Of a DNA stretch of 30,288 nucleotides, positions 17,554 through 27,663 are shown piece after piece. The notes under the pieces are model-generated. The model was not told the origin of the DNA, did not search any database, and worked only from the letters and a program-made list of their open reading frames with translations. How positions within the stretch are numbered: the stretch's first letter is position 1; each line of letters begins with the position of its first letter. The DNA comes from a virus (lineage: Duplodnaviria; Caudoviricetes), in the IMG/VR virus record IMGVR_UViG_3300016484_000084, positions 1 through 30,288 of that record; one strand, 5' to 3'. The translations under genes were made by a program, and so were the position numbers.

Positions 17554-17973
17554 ATGACAACAACAATTAATGCCTCCACTTCAAACGGCCTTGTTCAAAC
17601 TGCCGATGGTTCTGGCATCATCAAGGTGCAGAGCAACGGTGTGACCACTAATGCGTTGGCTTGGGGTAGCTATGCAATGGTTGGCAGTGGCTCAACACCT
17701 ACACTCCGTAGCTCATATAACATTTCCAGTATCACACGAAACAGCGCGGGTAATTACACTTTTGCATTTACAAACTCAATGTCTGATGCGAACTATTCTT
17801 CACCTTGTTGTGTAAATTATCTTTCTGGAACAGGTACGCTTGCATCCGCTGTTGCTTCCACAAACTCAAAGTCAACATCTAGTGTTCAATTTTTAGTTGG
17901 ATATGTAGCAACAGGGGGAGCAGGGGCTACCTTATACGACTACGGTATTGATTTTGCAATTTTCGGAAACTAA
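17554..17973 (+). CDS. Small fibre-tip / receptor-binding-like protein B (paralogue of A)
   Basis: AWGSY...LRSSYNISSI...GNYTFAFTNSMSDANY. Confidence 0.7.
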   Translation: MTTTINASTSNGLVQTADGSGIIKVQSNGVTTNALAWGSYAMVGSGSTPTLRSSYNISSITRNSAGNYTFAFTNSMSDANYSSPCCVNYLSGTGTLASAVASTNSKSTSSVQFLVGYVATGGAGATLYDYGIDFAIFGN

Positions 17974-17981
17974 GGAAACAC

Positions 17982-18383
17982 ATGAACGTCATTATTTACA
18001 CAAACGAAAACGGCGGTGTATCTGTCTGTGTTCCCACAGGAGAACTAGACATTCAAGCTGTAAAAGCAAAAGACACCCCAAGTCATTCCATCATCGTTCA
18101 AGACTCTGAACTGCCTCAAGAAGATAATGATTTCTTTGACGCATGGGAATTGTCTAACGGTGCTGTGAGCGTCAATCTGGACAAGGCCAAAGAGATCACC
18201 AAGAAGCGTCTCCGCGCCATGCGCGAACCGTTGTTAGCTGCTCAGGATGTACTGTTCCAACGCGCTTTAGAGACAGGTTCTGACACATCTGCAATCGTGG
18301 CTGAGAAACAGCGTCTGCGTGATGCGACCAATGCTGTTGATGGTTGCACAACCACAGCAGAACTTCGCGCATTGAGCGTTTAA
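17982..18383 (+). CDS. Putative tail fibre assembly chaperone
   Basis: FFDAWE...LRAMREPLL...EKQRLRDAT. Confidence 0.65.
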   Translation: MNVIIYTNENGGVSVCVPTGELDIQAVKAKDTPSHSIIVQDSELPQEDNDFFDAWELSNGAVSVNLDKAKEITKKRLRAMREPLLAAQDVLFQRALETGSDTSAIVAEKQRLRDATNAVDGCTTTAELRALSV

Positions 18384-18392
18384 GGGGTAGAC

Positions 18393-18905
18393 ATGGCAGC
18401 AACGATTACTGGCGATCAGACGGGAACAGTTGGCCTGATTAACGCCAAAACAGTTGTTGTATCAACAAGCGGTACAAGTATTGATTTCACTGGTATCCCT
18501 GCTGGTGTTAAGCGCATTACTGTGATGTTCGCGGGTGTAAGCACAAGTGGAACAATAGTACCTCTCGTTCAGTTAGGTTCTTCAGGTGGAATTGAAACCA
18601 GTGGTTATTTAGGGTGTGGTGGATACACTCAAAACGCCGGTGCTTCTGGTGCTGGAAACTATACAAACGGTTTCGGCGTAAGCGGTGCAAATAGTGCTGC
18701 ATCTGTCTATCATGGTCATGTTGTTCTAACTTACTTGGGGACTTCTAATACGTGGATCGCATCTGGAGTTTTGGCCCGTTCTGACGCAGCGGTAATTACT
18801 TCGGTGGCTGGCAGTAAAAGTTTGTCTGGCACTTTAGATAGAGTCCGCATCACCTGTGCCGCAGACACCTTCGACGCTGGTTCAATTAACATCTTGTACG
18901 AATAA
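18393..18905 (+). CDS. Small fibre-associated beta-sandwich protein
   Basis: [11 protein letters not shown]...LDRVRIT...[11 protein letters not shown]. Confidence 0.65.
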   Translation: MAATITGDQTGTVGLINAKTVVVSTSGTSIDFTGIPAGVKRITVMFAGVSTSGTIVPLVQLGSSGGIETSGYLGCGGYTQNAGASGAGNYTNGFGVSGANSAASVYHGHVVLTYLGTSNTWIASGVLARSDAAVITSVAGSKSLSGTLDRVRITCAADTFDAGSINILYE

Positions 18906-18913
18906 GGAAAATC

Positions 18914-20809
18914 ATGCCTGATTTCGGATTTGTCGGCGCAAGTTACGAGGCTCCAAGCATCTACCAAGATGCCCAAGAGTGCATCAATTGGCGACCAGAA
19001 ATTGACCCAACCAAACAGCCTGGAGAGCGAGGCGTTATTGCTTTGTATCCCACGCCTGGATTGAGTATTGCAGCCACGCTGACAAACACGGATGAAGTTC
19101 GCGGCATATATACTTGCTCTGGCGGTAATACTTTGATTGCTGTTTGTGGCTCTTACGTTTACGCACTCAATGACACTTTGACCCCAAAAATCATTGGCTC
19201 ATTGCACTCAACAAGCGGGCGTGTTTCAATCGTTGACAACGGTGTGAATGTTTACATCGTTGATGGTCTTTATCGCTACACATGGGTGATTGGAAGCCAG
19301 ACTTCGGCCATCTTTACCGCATCTGTTTCTGGCACAACCATGACGGTGACCAGTGTCAAAGAAGGAACGCTTGCGGCAAGCCAGCAGCTTTTCGGCATTT
19401 CTGTTTCAGATGAGACTGTCATTACAGCTTTGGGAACTGGAACAGGTGGCGTTGGTACATATACGCTAAATAACAGCCTCACGCTTTCATCGCGTGAAAT
19501 GTACACCACTTCCGTTGGTGCAACTGTTACAGGTTCAATTTCAGGCTCAACCCTGACCGTTACCGTTGTTTCAAGCGGAACGCTAAAAATTGGGCAAACC
19601 ATTCAAGGCTCTGGTGTTGCTGCAAACACCATGATTACGGCGTTTGGCTCCGGAACTGGTGGAACGGGAACATACACCGTCAGCGGCACTCAAACAGTTC
19701 TATCCACAACGCTTTACGCTTTGAATTGGACGGTTATTCCATCCTCTGATGGCGCTTTCAGTGGTGGTGAGGTGGTGGACATTGTGGACAATTATTTTGT
19801 TTACAACCGACCAGAATCTCAGCAATGGGGTTCGTCAGACCTTCTTTCCCCTGTTAGTGGGGCGTTAAGTTATGGCACAAAAGACGGTGCGCCTGACAAG
19901 CTGATTTCCTTGATCGTTGACCATCGTGAGGTTTATTTGCTTGGGGAAGCCTCATCCGAGGTCTGGGTTGATGTTGGTGCGGTTCCATTTCCGTTTCAAC
20001 GTATTCCTGGCACATCAACACAACACGGCATTGCGGCAAAGTTCTCCATGTCTCGGTTTGGAAATTCTTTTGCCTATGTATCGCGTAATGCTCGCGGTCA
20101 GGGGCAGATCGTTCAAATGAATGGATACACCCCGCAGCGAATTTCCACTCATGCCGTTGAGAATTCCCTTGTTGACCAAAACATTGATGACGCAATCGCT
20201 TGGACGTATCAACTGGAAGGCCACGAGGTTTATGTTGTCACATTCCCGAGCATTGGGAACAACGGTCTTACATGGGCTTTTGATGGTTCAACAGGACTTT
20301 GGCACAAATGGTTGTGGACAAATAATCTTGGTCAGTATGAGCGTCATCGCGGTAACTGCGCCACTCTTTTCAAAGGTCGTGTTTTGGTCGGAGATTACGA
20401 AAATGGCAACATTTACTATTTGAATCAATCTGTTTACACCGACAACGGCCAAAAAGTGCGCCGCCTTCGCCGTTGCCCACATATTACGACAGACTTACAA
20501 CGTCAGTATTTTGATGAGTTACAGATTCAATTCCAGCCTGGGGTTGGTTTGACGGGTACTACCACACCGCTGAATGATGAAGTTGTTGGGGCTGATCCAC
20601 AAGCCATGTTGCGTTGGTCAAATGATGGCGGCTCAACTTGGTCAAACGAGCATTGGGTAAGTATTGGCAAGATTGGTAAATACTTGAACAGAGCCATTTG
20701 GAGGCGCTTGGGATGGTCGCGTGACCGCATTTTTGAGGTGGTGGTGACAGACCCCGTGAAAGCGGTTATTGTGTCGGCAAACCTTAAAGCAACGCAAGGG
20801 GAAAACTGA
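18914..20809 (+). CDS. Tail hub / packaged DNA stabilisation protein (P22 gp10-like)
   Basis: [42 protein letters not shown]. Confidence 0.88.
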   Translation: MPDFGFVGASYEAPSIYQDAQECINWRPEIDPTKQPGERGVIALYPTPGLSIAATLTNTDEVRGIYTCSGGNTLIAVCGSYVYALNDTLTPKIIGSLHSTSGRVSIVDNGVNVYIVDGLYRYTWVIGSQTSAIFTASVSGTTMTVTSVKEGTLAASQQLFGISVSDETVITALGTGTGGVGTYTLNNSLTLSSREMYTTSVGATVTGSISGSTLTVTVVSSGTLKIGQTIQGSGVAANTMITAFGSGTGGTGTYTVSGTQTVLSTTLYALNWTVIPSSDGAFSGGEVVDIVDNYFVYNRPESQQWGSSDLLSPVSGALSYGTKDGAPDKLISLIVDHREVYLLGEASSEVWVDVGAVPFPFQRIPGTSTQHGIAAKFSMSRFGNSFAYVSRNARGQGQIVQMNGYTPQRISTHAVENSLVDQNIDDAIAWTYQLEGHEVYVVTFPSIGNNGLTWAFDGSTGLWHKWLWTNNLGQYERHRGNCATLFKGRVLVGDYENGNIYYLNQSVYTDNGQKVRRLRRCPHITTDLQRQYFDELQIQFQPGVGLTGTTTPLNDEVVGADPQAMLRWSNDGGSTWSNEHWVSIGKIGKYLNRAIWRRLGWSRDRIFEVVVTDPVKAVIVSANLKATQGEN

Positions 20810-21042
20810 TGGCTGGTGGAATTTACGGCTCAAGCCAAACCAACCCATATCCGCAGACAGAGTTCTTGGATGGGACAAAACGACCATCCCGCGCTTGGCA
20901 ACAGTTTTTCTTGAATTTGCTTAATTTTTCGTCATCCACCACGGCCACGGCAGGCTCGGCAACGTTGCCAGCCGCACCTGCTGGCTTTATGAATGTGACG
21001 ATAAACGGGCAACAATTCAAGGTTCCCTATTACAATCAGTAA
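20809..21042 (+). CDS. Small tail protein in the gp26 position
   Basis: TGATG coupling; PSRAWQQFF motif; gene position. Confidence 0.55.
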   Translation: MAGGIYGSSQTNPYPQTEFLDGTKRPSRAWQQFFLNLLNFSSSTTATAGSATLPAAPAGFMNVTINGQQFKVPYYNQ

Positions 21043-21043
21043 C

Positions 21044-21484
21044 ATGAACGATCTTGCCCTCAATCATGTCCCAACAAAGGCTGAAATTGATCGTTTGCAA
21101 GCCGAAATGGTCAAGATGCCTCAAGCAGAACTTGAGACGGAGCATTACTTTTCAGGTGGGATGTACTGCCGCAAATTGATTCGTCCTGCGGGGACTTTGA
21201 TTGTGGGAAAGGTTCACAAGAAAGATCATTTTTTCTTGTGTGCAAAAGGGCAAATTATTGCTTGGTCAGAAAAAGGCATGGTTACTCTGAATGAGGGCGA
21301 TGTAATCTGTTCCAAGGCTGGCACAAAGCGGGTGACTTTGGCTGTGACTGATGCGATTGGCATTACGTTTCACAGAACTAACAAAACCGACTTGAACAAA
21401 ATTGAAAAAGAGCTGATTGAGCCTGATGAAACGGCTCTGTTTGACGCTCAAAACAAAGTCAAACTTCCTGAATTGAAGGGGTGA
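21044..21484 (+). CDS. Cupin-fold protein
   Basis: HYFSGGMYCR...AGTLIVGKVHKKDH...AGTKR...TFH. Confidence 0.65.
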   Translation: MNDLALNHVPTKAEIDRLQAEMVKMPQAELETEHYFSGGMYCRKLIRPAGTLIVGKVHKKDHFFLCAKGQIIAWSEKGMVTLNEGDVICSKAGTKRVTLAVTDAIGITFHRTNKTDLNKIEKELIEPDETALFDAQNKVKLPELKG

Positions 21485-21488
21485 TGTT

Positions 21489-22232
21489 ATGTCATGGGTA
21501 GCCGCAGCAGTTGTTGGTGGATCGTTAATTTCTGCAAACGCAGCGCGTTCTGCGGCACAAACTCAAGCTGATGCCGCAGCTCAAGCCGCTGCCGTGCAAA
21601 GAGAAATTTTCAACATTCAAAACGAACAGCAAAAGCCGTATCGTGAGGCTGGATACGCCGCACTGAGCGACATTGCGAATTTGAAACCTTACCTTACTCA
21701 GCGGTATGGCACAGAAGAGTTCATGAAAGGAATTGACCCTGGTTATCAATTCCGACTTGAGCAAGGCCAAATGGCAAATCAGCGAGCCGCAAACGTAGGC
21801 GGTGGCGCATTGTCTGGAAACACGCTAGCTGGCTTGCAAGCCTATACCCAAGGTCAAGCATCACAAGAGTTTGGAAATGCGTTCAATCGTTTTCAGACAG
21901 AGCGCGGCAACATTTACAACACGCTTTCAAACATTGCGGGTCTGGGGCAGACTGCCGTTAATCAAACAACTCAAGCCGCTGGTCAATATGGCGCAAACGT
22001 TGCCAACCTGACAACAGGCGCGGCAGCGGCTCAAGCCGCAGGAACTGTGGGGGCTGCAAATGCCTTGGCTGGTGGAGCGCAATCGCTTGGCAATTATGCG
22101 TTCCTCAATAATTTGATGAATCGTGCGCCAGTAACACCCGTTTCCGCATTGGGCACTGGAGGATATTCTTCTGGGGCTAATTATGATTTAGCCACTGCTG
22201 GTAAGACTGGTGGTTTGGGACTCAGAATTTAA
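21489..22232 (+). CDS. DNA ejection protein (gp7-like)
   Basis: Ala/Gly/Gln-rich; PYREAG, DPGYQFRLEQG, LSGNTL. Confidence 0.75.
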   Translation: MSWVAAAVVGGSLISANAARSAAQTQADAAAQAAAVQREIFNIQNEQQKPYREAGYAALSDIANLKPYLTQRYGTEEFMKGIDPGYQFRLEQGQMANQRAANVGGGALSGNTLAGLQAYTQGQASQEFGNAFNRFQTERGNIYNTLSNIAGLGQTAVNQTTQAAGQYGANVANLTTGAAAAQAAGTVGAANALAGGAQSLGNYAFLNNLMNRAPVTPVSALGTGGYSSGANYDLATAGKTGGLGLRI

Positions 22233-22238
22233 GGATAA

Positions 22239-23672
22239 GTGATGCCACAAATCAATCAAATTCAACCTGTCGCAGCAAACATTCAGCCAACCCCGCCAAT
22301 GTCACTATCTGACATGGTTGGGTTGGCTCGCGGTGTTCAGGCTTATCAGCAAGCCGAACAGATGAATCCTCTTGCTGTGCAAACGGCAAAAGAGACTTTG
22401 ACGCAATCACAAGTCAAATCTGAACAAGATGTGATGGCTCTGAATCAAAAGCGATTCAAGCACATTGCTGACAGTCAGATTTCCATGATTAACAACCCTT
22501 TGGTGATTGCTGCGGAACAAAACCCCAACGCAGTCAATAAAGAGGAGTTGGTCAAACAGATCACACAAAATGGCGTGAATACCGCAAAGGCTTTGGGTAT
22601 TCCTCAAGGTCAGGCTTTGGAGTTGCTCCAGCCTTACATTCAGATTGCTCAAACCAATCCGTCTGCCTTGCGTCAGTATTACAAAGAGCGTCATATTCAA
22701 GGCTTGGATGAAGGCGCACGCACATCCGCTTTGGCTTCAAGTGGGGTTGGTATCAATACAGGTGCTGGCGGTTACAGCGTCCAAACAGGCGAATTTGGCC
22801 CACAACGTGCAGGGACGATTATTCCTGGCACTGCTTACGAATCCAAACTTGGCCCTGGTCAAATCATGGAGCCGACAGGTCGCGTTGATCCTGCTGGAAA
22901 CCCAACCGCATACGTCAAAGATGCGAACGGCAGACTTTTGGGCGAGGTCACTATCCCCGCTGGTGTTGGTCAGCCACAGATTGCGCCTCAAGGTGGTCAG
23001 CCTGCGCCGCAATCAAATGCGCCTGTGCGTATGCCTTATGAAACGCCTGAAACAATGGCTGGCGCACGAAACATTCAACTCAACGCCAACAAAGCAGCCA
23101 CAGGTGTTCAATCTTCGCTGTATAACAACAACAAGATTATTCAGCTGGCTGACAAAGCACTGGTCGGTGCTGGTGCTGAGACATTGAGCAAGTTGGGTGG
23201 CGGTTACGCTGCGCTGCCTTGGACTTCTGACGCAACCCAAAACCGTCAAATCTTGGGTCACCAGATGGCTTTGGAAACCGCAAACCTTGCCTCTGCCGCT
23301 GGCTTGGGAACAGATGCGGCCCGTGGCCTTGCTGAAAAAATGGCCGGAACAACCGAGTGGACTCCAGACGCAATCAAGGCAACAGCCCGCATGAACCGCG
23401 CTTTGTCTACTGGTATTGGTTTGTTCAATGAAGGCGTAAACAACACCGTTAAAGGTGCTGGCAACAATCCATTGGCTGCGCGTGAATTCCAAAATCGTTG
23501 GACTTCTCAGGAAAACCTTGTACCAACATTGCAATTCGTTGATGCTGTTCGCAACGGCGATCAAGCGGCAATCAAACAGATTGTGGATGGCGCAGGCGGT
23601 TACGGTTCAAATGGCTACAAAAAACTGCTGATTCAAGCTGATAATCTCAGCAAACTTGTGAAAGGCAAATGA
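22239..23672 (+). CDS. Putative DNA ejection / internal virion protein (gp20 position)
   Basis: 477-aa Gln/Ala/Gly-rich ORF after the gp7-like gene. Confidence 0.6.
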   Translation: MMPQINQIQPVAANIQPTPPMSLSDMVGLARGVQAYQQAEQMNPLAVQTAKETLTQSQVKSEQDVMALNQKRFKHIADSQISMINNPLVIAAEQNPNAVNKEELVKQITQNGVNTAKALGIPQGQALELLQPYIQIAQTNPSALRQYYKERHIQGLDEGARTSALASSGVGINTGAGGYSVQTGEFGPQRAGTIIPGTAYESKLGPGQIMEPTGRVDPAGNPTAYVKDANGRLLGEVTIPAGVGQPQIAPQGGQPAPQSNAPVRMPYETPETMAGARNIQLNANKAATGVQSSLYNNNKIIQLADKALVGAGAETLSKLGGGYAALPWTSDATQNRQILGHQMALETANLASAAGLGTDAARGLAEKMAGTTEWTPDAIKATARMNRALSTGIGLFNEGVNNTVKGAGNNPLAAREFQNRWTSQENLVPTLQFVDAVRNGDQAAIKQIVDGAGGYGSNGYKKLLIQADNLSKLVKGK

Positions 23673-25765
23673 TGTTTGACTTTTCGGCTGAATCGCTTGA
23701 CTCGGCTGTGCAAGGCGCATACGGCAAAAAGCCTTCTGCGACTCCACAAATGCCGCCACGCCAGAGACTTTTTGGCGCAAACCCACAGTTACAACCAGAA
23801 GAGGAAACACCATCAACAGATGGTTTTTCTTTTGATGCGGTGACGTTGAACAATGCTGTGCGTCAGGCGATGCAAGCGCAGCCTGCGCCTCAAAGCAATG
23901 TCGGTGGCGTGGCACAGGGGTTGTTTGGCAAAGTCAAAGAGGTTGGTCAAGGTCTTGCGTCTTTGGCTGATGTGACTGTTGGTGGTGTAATTCCTGCTGT
24001 GGCTGGTAGCGCAACCTATGCTGGTGCGCGAGCATTTGGGAAAACACCAGAACAGGCGGCACAACTTGAGCAACAAGTGGTAGGCGCAACCGAAAAGCCA
24101 TTTGGCAAAGCATTTGGCTTGACAGAGACTGCTGGATATAAAGGCGAGGCAACCCGTCAACTGATGGACTTTGTTGGTCAAAACGTCAGCAAAGGCGCGG
24201 AATGGATTTCTCAAAAAACAGGACTGCCTGTTTCTGATGTGCAAAACATGATTGGCACATTGACCGTTGCCGCAACTCCCGCTGGTGCAAAGGCCGTTGC
24301 ATCGGAAGCCAAAATGGTTGGTCAGGCTGTTAAACAAGGCGCTGAAAAGGTTGCTAAACCTGTCGCGGAAATGGCTGAACAATTCAAGGCAAAATTACCT
24401 ACGGTTCGCATGGAAAAAGCGCCACAGCCCGTCATGCAAGGTATGGGGGCAGCAGAGGTTAATGCGGCCCGTTTGCGCCAAGAGCGTGGCAATGAATTGC
24501 TTATCCCGATGGGCGATGATTTGACCAGAAGCCAACTCACACGTAATCACGGCGATGTGATGTTTGAGCGTGAGACAGCAAAAGACCCTGAACTTGGTTT
24601 GCCGCTTCAAGAAAAATACGCCCTGCAAAACCGCAAGCTGCAACAGAACTTGCAAGCCGAGGTGGATGCAACTGGCGCAGAAATGGTTGGAATGGATGCG
24701 CCTCAGTTTGGCAAAAACATTGCCGACGCTGTTCAGAACTATCGTAATACTCGATACCAAGAAGTTACGGACGCTTACAAGAAGGCGCAAGAGGCTGGTG
24801 AAACAGCGCAGCCTGTTTCTTATCAGGGCATCAGCGATTTGATTGCCAAAGAAACGCAAGGCCGCCCGACCAAAAAGGCGCAAAACCCGCTTTATTCCAT
24901 TGTTGAGGAAGAACTCAAAGCCAATGATCCTAATGGCACAGGCATGATTTCTGTCAACGCAATGGAGGACATTCGCAAACTCATCAACGATGAAGCCGAT
25001 CCAGCCAAAAAGGGTAGCGTGCGTCTTGGCAAACAGATTAAAGGGCAGATTGATAAAGCCACAGAAAACGCAGGCGGCGACCTATACAAAGAAGCCCGCG
25101 CCAAAAATCGCGAGTTTGAGGCCGAGTTTGAAGATCAAGGCATCATTCGTGACATTAACCGCCTGAAAAAAGGCACATCTGATCGAGTTGTGCCATTGGA
25201 AAACTTGGCTGACAAACTTATTTTCAAGGGAACGGGCGCAGATGTTCAGGCCGTGTTTGCGACTTTGGAAAAGATGGGGCCAGAAGGCCAGCAAATTGCC
25301 AAAGAGTTGCGCGGGTATGCCGCTGAAAAGATTCGTCAAGAGGCCACAAAGGGCGTAGGACGCGACATTGAAGGTCGCCCATACGTTTCCACTGCTGCGC
25401 TTGATAAAGAGATCAAAGCCCTTGATAAAAGCGGAAAACTTGATTTCTTGTTCGGCCCGCAGCAATCTCAGCGATTCAGAACCATCAATGAGTTCACCAA
25501 AGATTTGCAGACCACACCGCAGGGAACGGTCAACACATCTGGCACGACTTCAACATTGTTATCGGCTTTGGCCGAAATGGGCGCGTCTGCGGCAATGACA
25601 GGTGTGCCTGCGCCTGTGGCTACGATTGCAACGTATGGTTACAAACGCCACAAAGCAGCCAAGAAGATGCAAAAAGTGCAAGAATTTGCAAATCCAGGCA
25701 CAAAACTTTCAGACATGAACAAACCAACAAAAATCGACCTGCGTGGTATGGCTAACAAGGAATAA
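23669..25765 (+). CDS. Putative DNA ejection / internal virion protein (gp16 position)
   Basis: 698 aa, helical, NTSGT near the C-terminus; ATGA coupling. Confidence 0.65.
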   Translation: MMFDFSAESLDSAVQGAYGKKPSATPQMPPRQRLFGANPQLQPEEETPSTDGFSFDAVTLNNAVRQAMQAQPAPQSNVGGVAQGLFGKVKEVGQGLASLADVTVGGVIPAVAGSATYAGARAFGKTPEQAAQLEQQVVGATEKPFGKAFGLTETAGYKGEATRQLMDFVGQNVSKGAEWISQKTGLPVSDVQNMIGTLTVAATPAGAKAVASEAKMVGQAVKQGAEKVAKPVAEMAEQFKAKLPTVRMEKAPQPVMQGMGAAEVNAARLRQERGNELLIPMGDDLTRSQLTRNHGDVMFERETAKDPELGLPLQEKYALQNRKLQQNLQAEVDATGAEMVGMDAPQFGKNIADAVQNYRNTRYQEVTDAYKKAQEAGETAQPVSYQGISDLIAKETQGRPTKKAQNPLYSIVEEELKANDPNGTGMISVNAMEDIRKLINDEADPAKKGSVRLGKQIKGQIDKATENAGGDLYKEARAKNREFEAEFEDQGIIRDINRLKKGTSDRVVPLENLADKLIFKGTGADVQAVFATLEKMGPEGQQIAKELRGYAAEKIRQEATKGVGRDIEGRPYVSTAALDKEIKALDKSGKLDFLFGPQQSQRFRTINEFTKDLQTTPQGTVNTSGTTSTLLSALAEMGASAAMTGVPAPVATIATYGYKRHKAAKKMQKVQEFANPGTKLSDMNKPTKIDLRGMANKE

Positions 25766-25767
25766 AC

Positions 25768-26520
25768 ATGAGCGTCAATCTTTCACCTATTGGCAACGGT
25801 TTTCAGTTTTTCACAACCACGGGAGTTCCTCTTGCGGGCGGGAAAATCTACACATACCAAGCTGGCTCAAGCACTCCGCTTGCAACTTATTCGGACAACG
25901 CAGGATTGGTTGCAAACGCAAACCCGATCATCTTGGGGTCTGATGGTCGCCCATCAACAGAAATCTGGCTGACTTATGGTTACAACTATAAGTTTGTTTT
26001 GAAAGACGCAAACGATGTGACCATTCAAACTTACGACAATCTTTACGGAATTATTGGCGTTGAGGCATCTTCTGTCAGCCCGTTCTCGGCTGGCATGATT
26101 ATGTTGTGGTCTGGAGCTATTGGCTCGATCCCTTCGGGTTGGTATTTGTGTGACGGTTCAAACGGAACACCAAACCTGACTGATAAATTTGTTGTTGGCG
26201 CAGGTTCAACATATTCTGTTGGCGGCACAGGCGGTTCTGCTGATTCAATCGTGGTTGCTCACACTCACACGGCATCATCTGTTGTGACAGACCCTGGTCA
26301 CTTCCATGATTTTTATACAAACACAAGCGGTAGTGGCGCAGGTGATTCCACAACAGCAGCTTATGCGGGTTTATCTTCTGCTTCTATTACAAGAAGCCCA
26401 GACACATCAACAAACACCACAGGCATCACTGTTGCCACAACCAACACATCCACTGGTGTTAGCGGAACAAACGCCAACCTGCCGCCTTATTATGCTTTGG
26501 CATACATCATGAAGAGCTAA
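25768..26520 (+). CDS. Short tail fibre: particle-binding N-domain plus tail-collar domain
   Basis: GVPLAGGKIYTY.AG...NPIILGSDGR; GMIMLWSG..IPSGWYLCDG..TPNLTDKF; NLPPYYALAYIMK. Confidence 0.85.
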   Translation: MSVNLSPIGNGFQFFTTTGVPLAGGKIYTYQAGSSTPLATYSDNAGLVANANPIILGSDGRPSTEIWLTYGYNYKFVLKDANDVTIQTYDNLYGIIGVEASSVSPFSAGMIMLWSGAIGSIPSGWYLCDGSNGTPNLTDKFVVGAGSTYSVGGTGGSADSIVVAHTHTASSVVTDPGHFHDFYTNTSGSGAGDSTTAAYAGLSSASITRSPDTSTNTTGITVATTNTSTGVSGTNANLPPYYALAYIMKS

Positions 26521-26522
26521 AC

Positions 26523-26732
26523 ATGGACGACCAAGGAATTGATCTAGTCAAATATGGTGTTTTGTGGCAAAAGGTGCAGGACATGGATAAAAAGATGGAC
26601 AAGATGGAGACTCAGTTAGAACAACTGGTCGCCCTTGCCAACAAAGGTCGTGGCGGCTTTTGGGCGGGGATGATCTTTGCATCCATGTTGTCCACCTGCA
26701 TTGGCTTTTTAATCGGCTGGGTTAAGAGGTAA
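26523..26732 (+). CDS. Small coiled-coil protein with C-terminal TM (holin/XhlA-like)
   Basis: Heptad N-terminus; GGFWAGMIFASMLSTCIGFLIGW hydrophobic helix. Confidence 0.7.
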   Translation: MDDQGIDLVKYGVLWQKVQDMDKKMDKMETQLEQLVALANKGRGGFWAGMIFASMLSTCIGFLIGWVKR

Positions 26733-26735
26733 ATC

Positions 26736-27482
26736 ATTGATCCTTTCACCCTTCTCATGGCGGCACAAGGAATCGTTGCTGGCATACGGCAGGGGTGTGA
26801 ATTTCTGCGAGAAGGCAAAGCCCAAATCGGAGAGGTCAAAAAAGCTATCGGTGAAGTTAAGGCTTTTGTTGGCGAGGCAAAAGGCGTTTGGGGAGAGCTT
26901 CAAAGTCTCTGGGCGATGGTTTCGGGTCTTTTCGGCGCTCAGAAACCAAAGCAAGCTCAACAAAGACCTGTCATCGCCAACGACACGACCACAGAACGTG
27001 TTAATAAAACCGAAAAAAATGAACATGAGCCATATCGAGAGCTGAGTTATGAAGAATATCAAGCTCAAGCCATCCACGACATTTGCGAGAAGCTCAAGAC
27101 GTTTTTTGAGATCAAACGGCAGCTTGCAGAGCATTGCCACAAACTAGAAGAGGAGTCCAAGACCACCACAGACATTGAAGGCGCGGCACTTGACAGGATT
27201 CAGATTGAAATGCAAATGGAACAAATGACAGTGCAGATTCGTGAGGCCATGATCTACACGCCCAAGGACATTGGGTTGCAATCCATCTACACACGATTCC
27301 TTCAGATGTACGACCAAATTTTGGAAGAGCGTGCGTTTGACCGCGAGTTGAAAGCCAAGAAAGCAAGGGATGAAAAATGGCAACGCGAGTACCGCAGCAA
27401 CCTTCTAAAGGCGAAATTGGGATACGCAATAGTGGTAGCAATCGCGGCTCTGTGGATGATGGGACTGTTTTCTCTTCTATGA
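26736..27482 (+). CDS. Coiled-coil membrane-anchored protein with probable ATT start
   Basis: GAGGT-5 nt-ATT GAT CCT TTC (M)DPFTLL; first ATG at 26757 has no SD; C-terminal TM. Confidence 0.7.
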   Translation: MDPFTLLMAAQGIVAGIRQGCEFLREGKAQIGEVKKAIGEVKAFVGEAKGVWGELQSLWAMVSGLFGAQKPKQAQQRPVIANDTTTERVNKTEKNEHEPYRELSYEEYQAQAIHDICEKLKTFFEIKRQLAEHCHKLEEESKTTTDIEGAALDRIQIEMQMEQMTVQIREAMIYTPKDIGLQSIYTRFLQMYDQILEERAFDRELKAKKARDEKWQREYRSNLLKAKLGYAIVVAIAALWMMGLFSLL

Positions 27483-27661
27483 CTGAATTCAAGTTTTGGG
27501 TGATTATTGTCACGCTGCTGATTTTTTTGCTGTTCATGATGTCACTTGGTTTGGTGTATTTGGACAAAAAGATCAAAAAGGCAGAGGCAATCCTGATTCG
27601 TGCCGAACAACTGGACAAGAAGTCCAAACCGAAGATTGAACCTGAGTCTGAAAAGGAATAG
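27479..27661 (+). CDS. Small membrane protein (N-terminal TM, charged tail)
   Basis: ATGA coupling; FWVIIVTLLIFLLFMMSLGLVYL; alternative upstream starts at 27377 or 27452. Confidence 0.65.
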   Translation: MTEFKFWVIIVTLLIFLLFMMSLGLVYLDKKIKKAEAILIRAEQLDKKSKPKIEPESEKE

Positions 27662-27663
27662 TC

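Noticed and set aside
17113-17973. Paralogous tip genes as a DGR template/variable repeat pair or shufflon
   Set aside because: Too diverged, no adenine-specific mismatch pattern, and no reverse transcriptase, invertase or inverted crossover sites in the window
26737-27045. 102-aa TTG-start ORF
   Set aside because: Out-of-frame overlap with the longer, more protein-like 26736..27482 frame; not fully excluded because it shares the same SD
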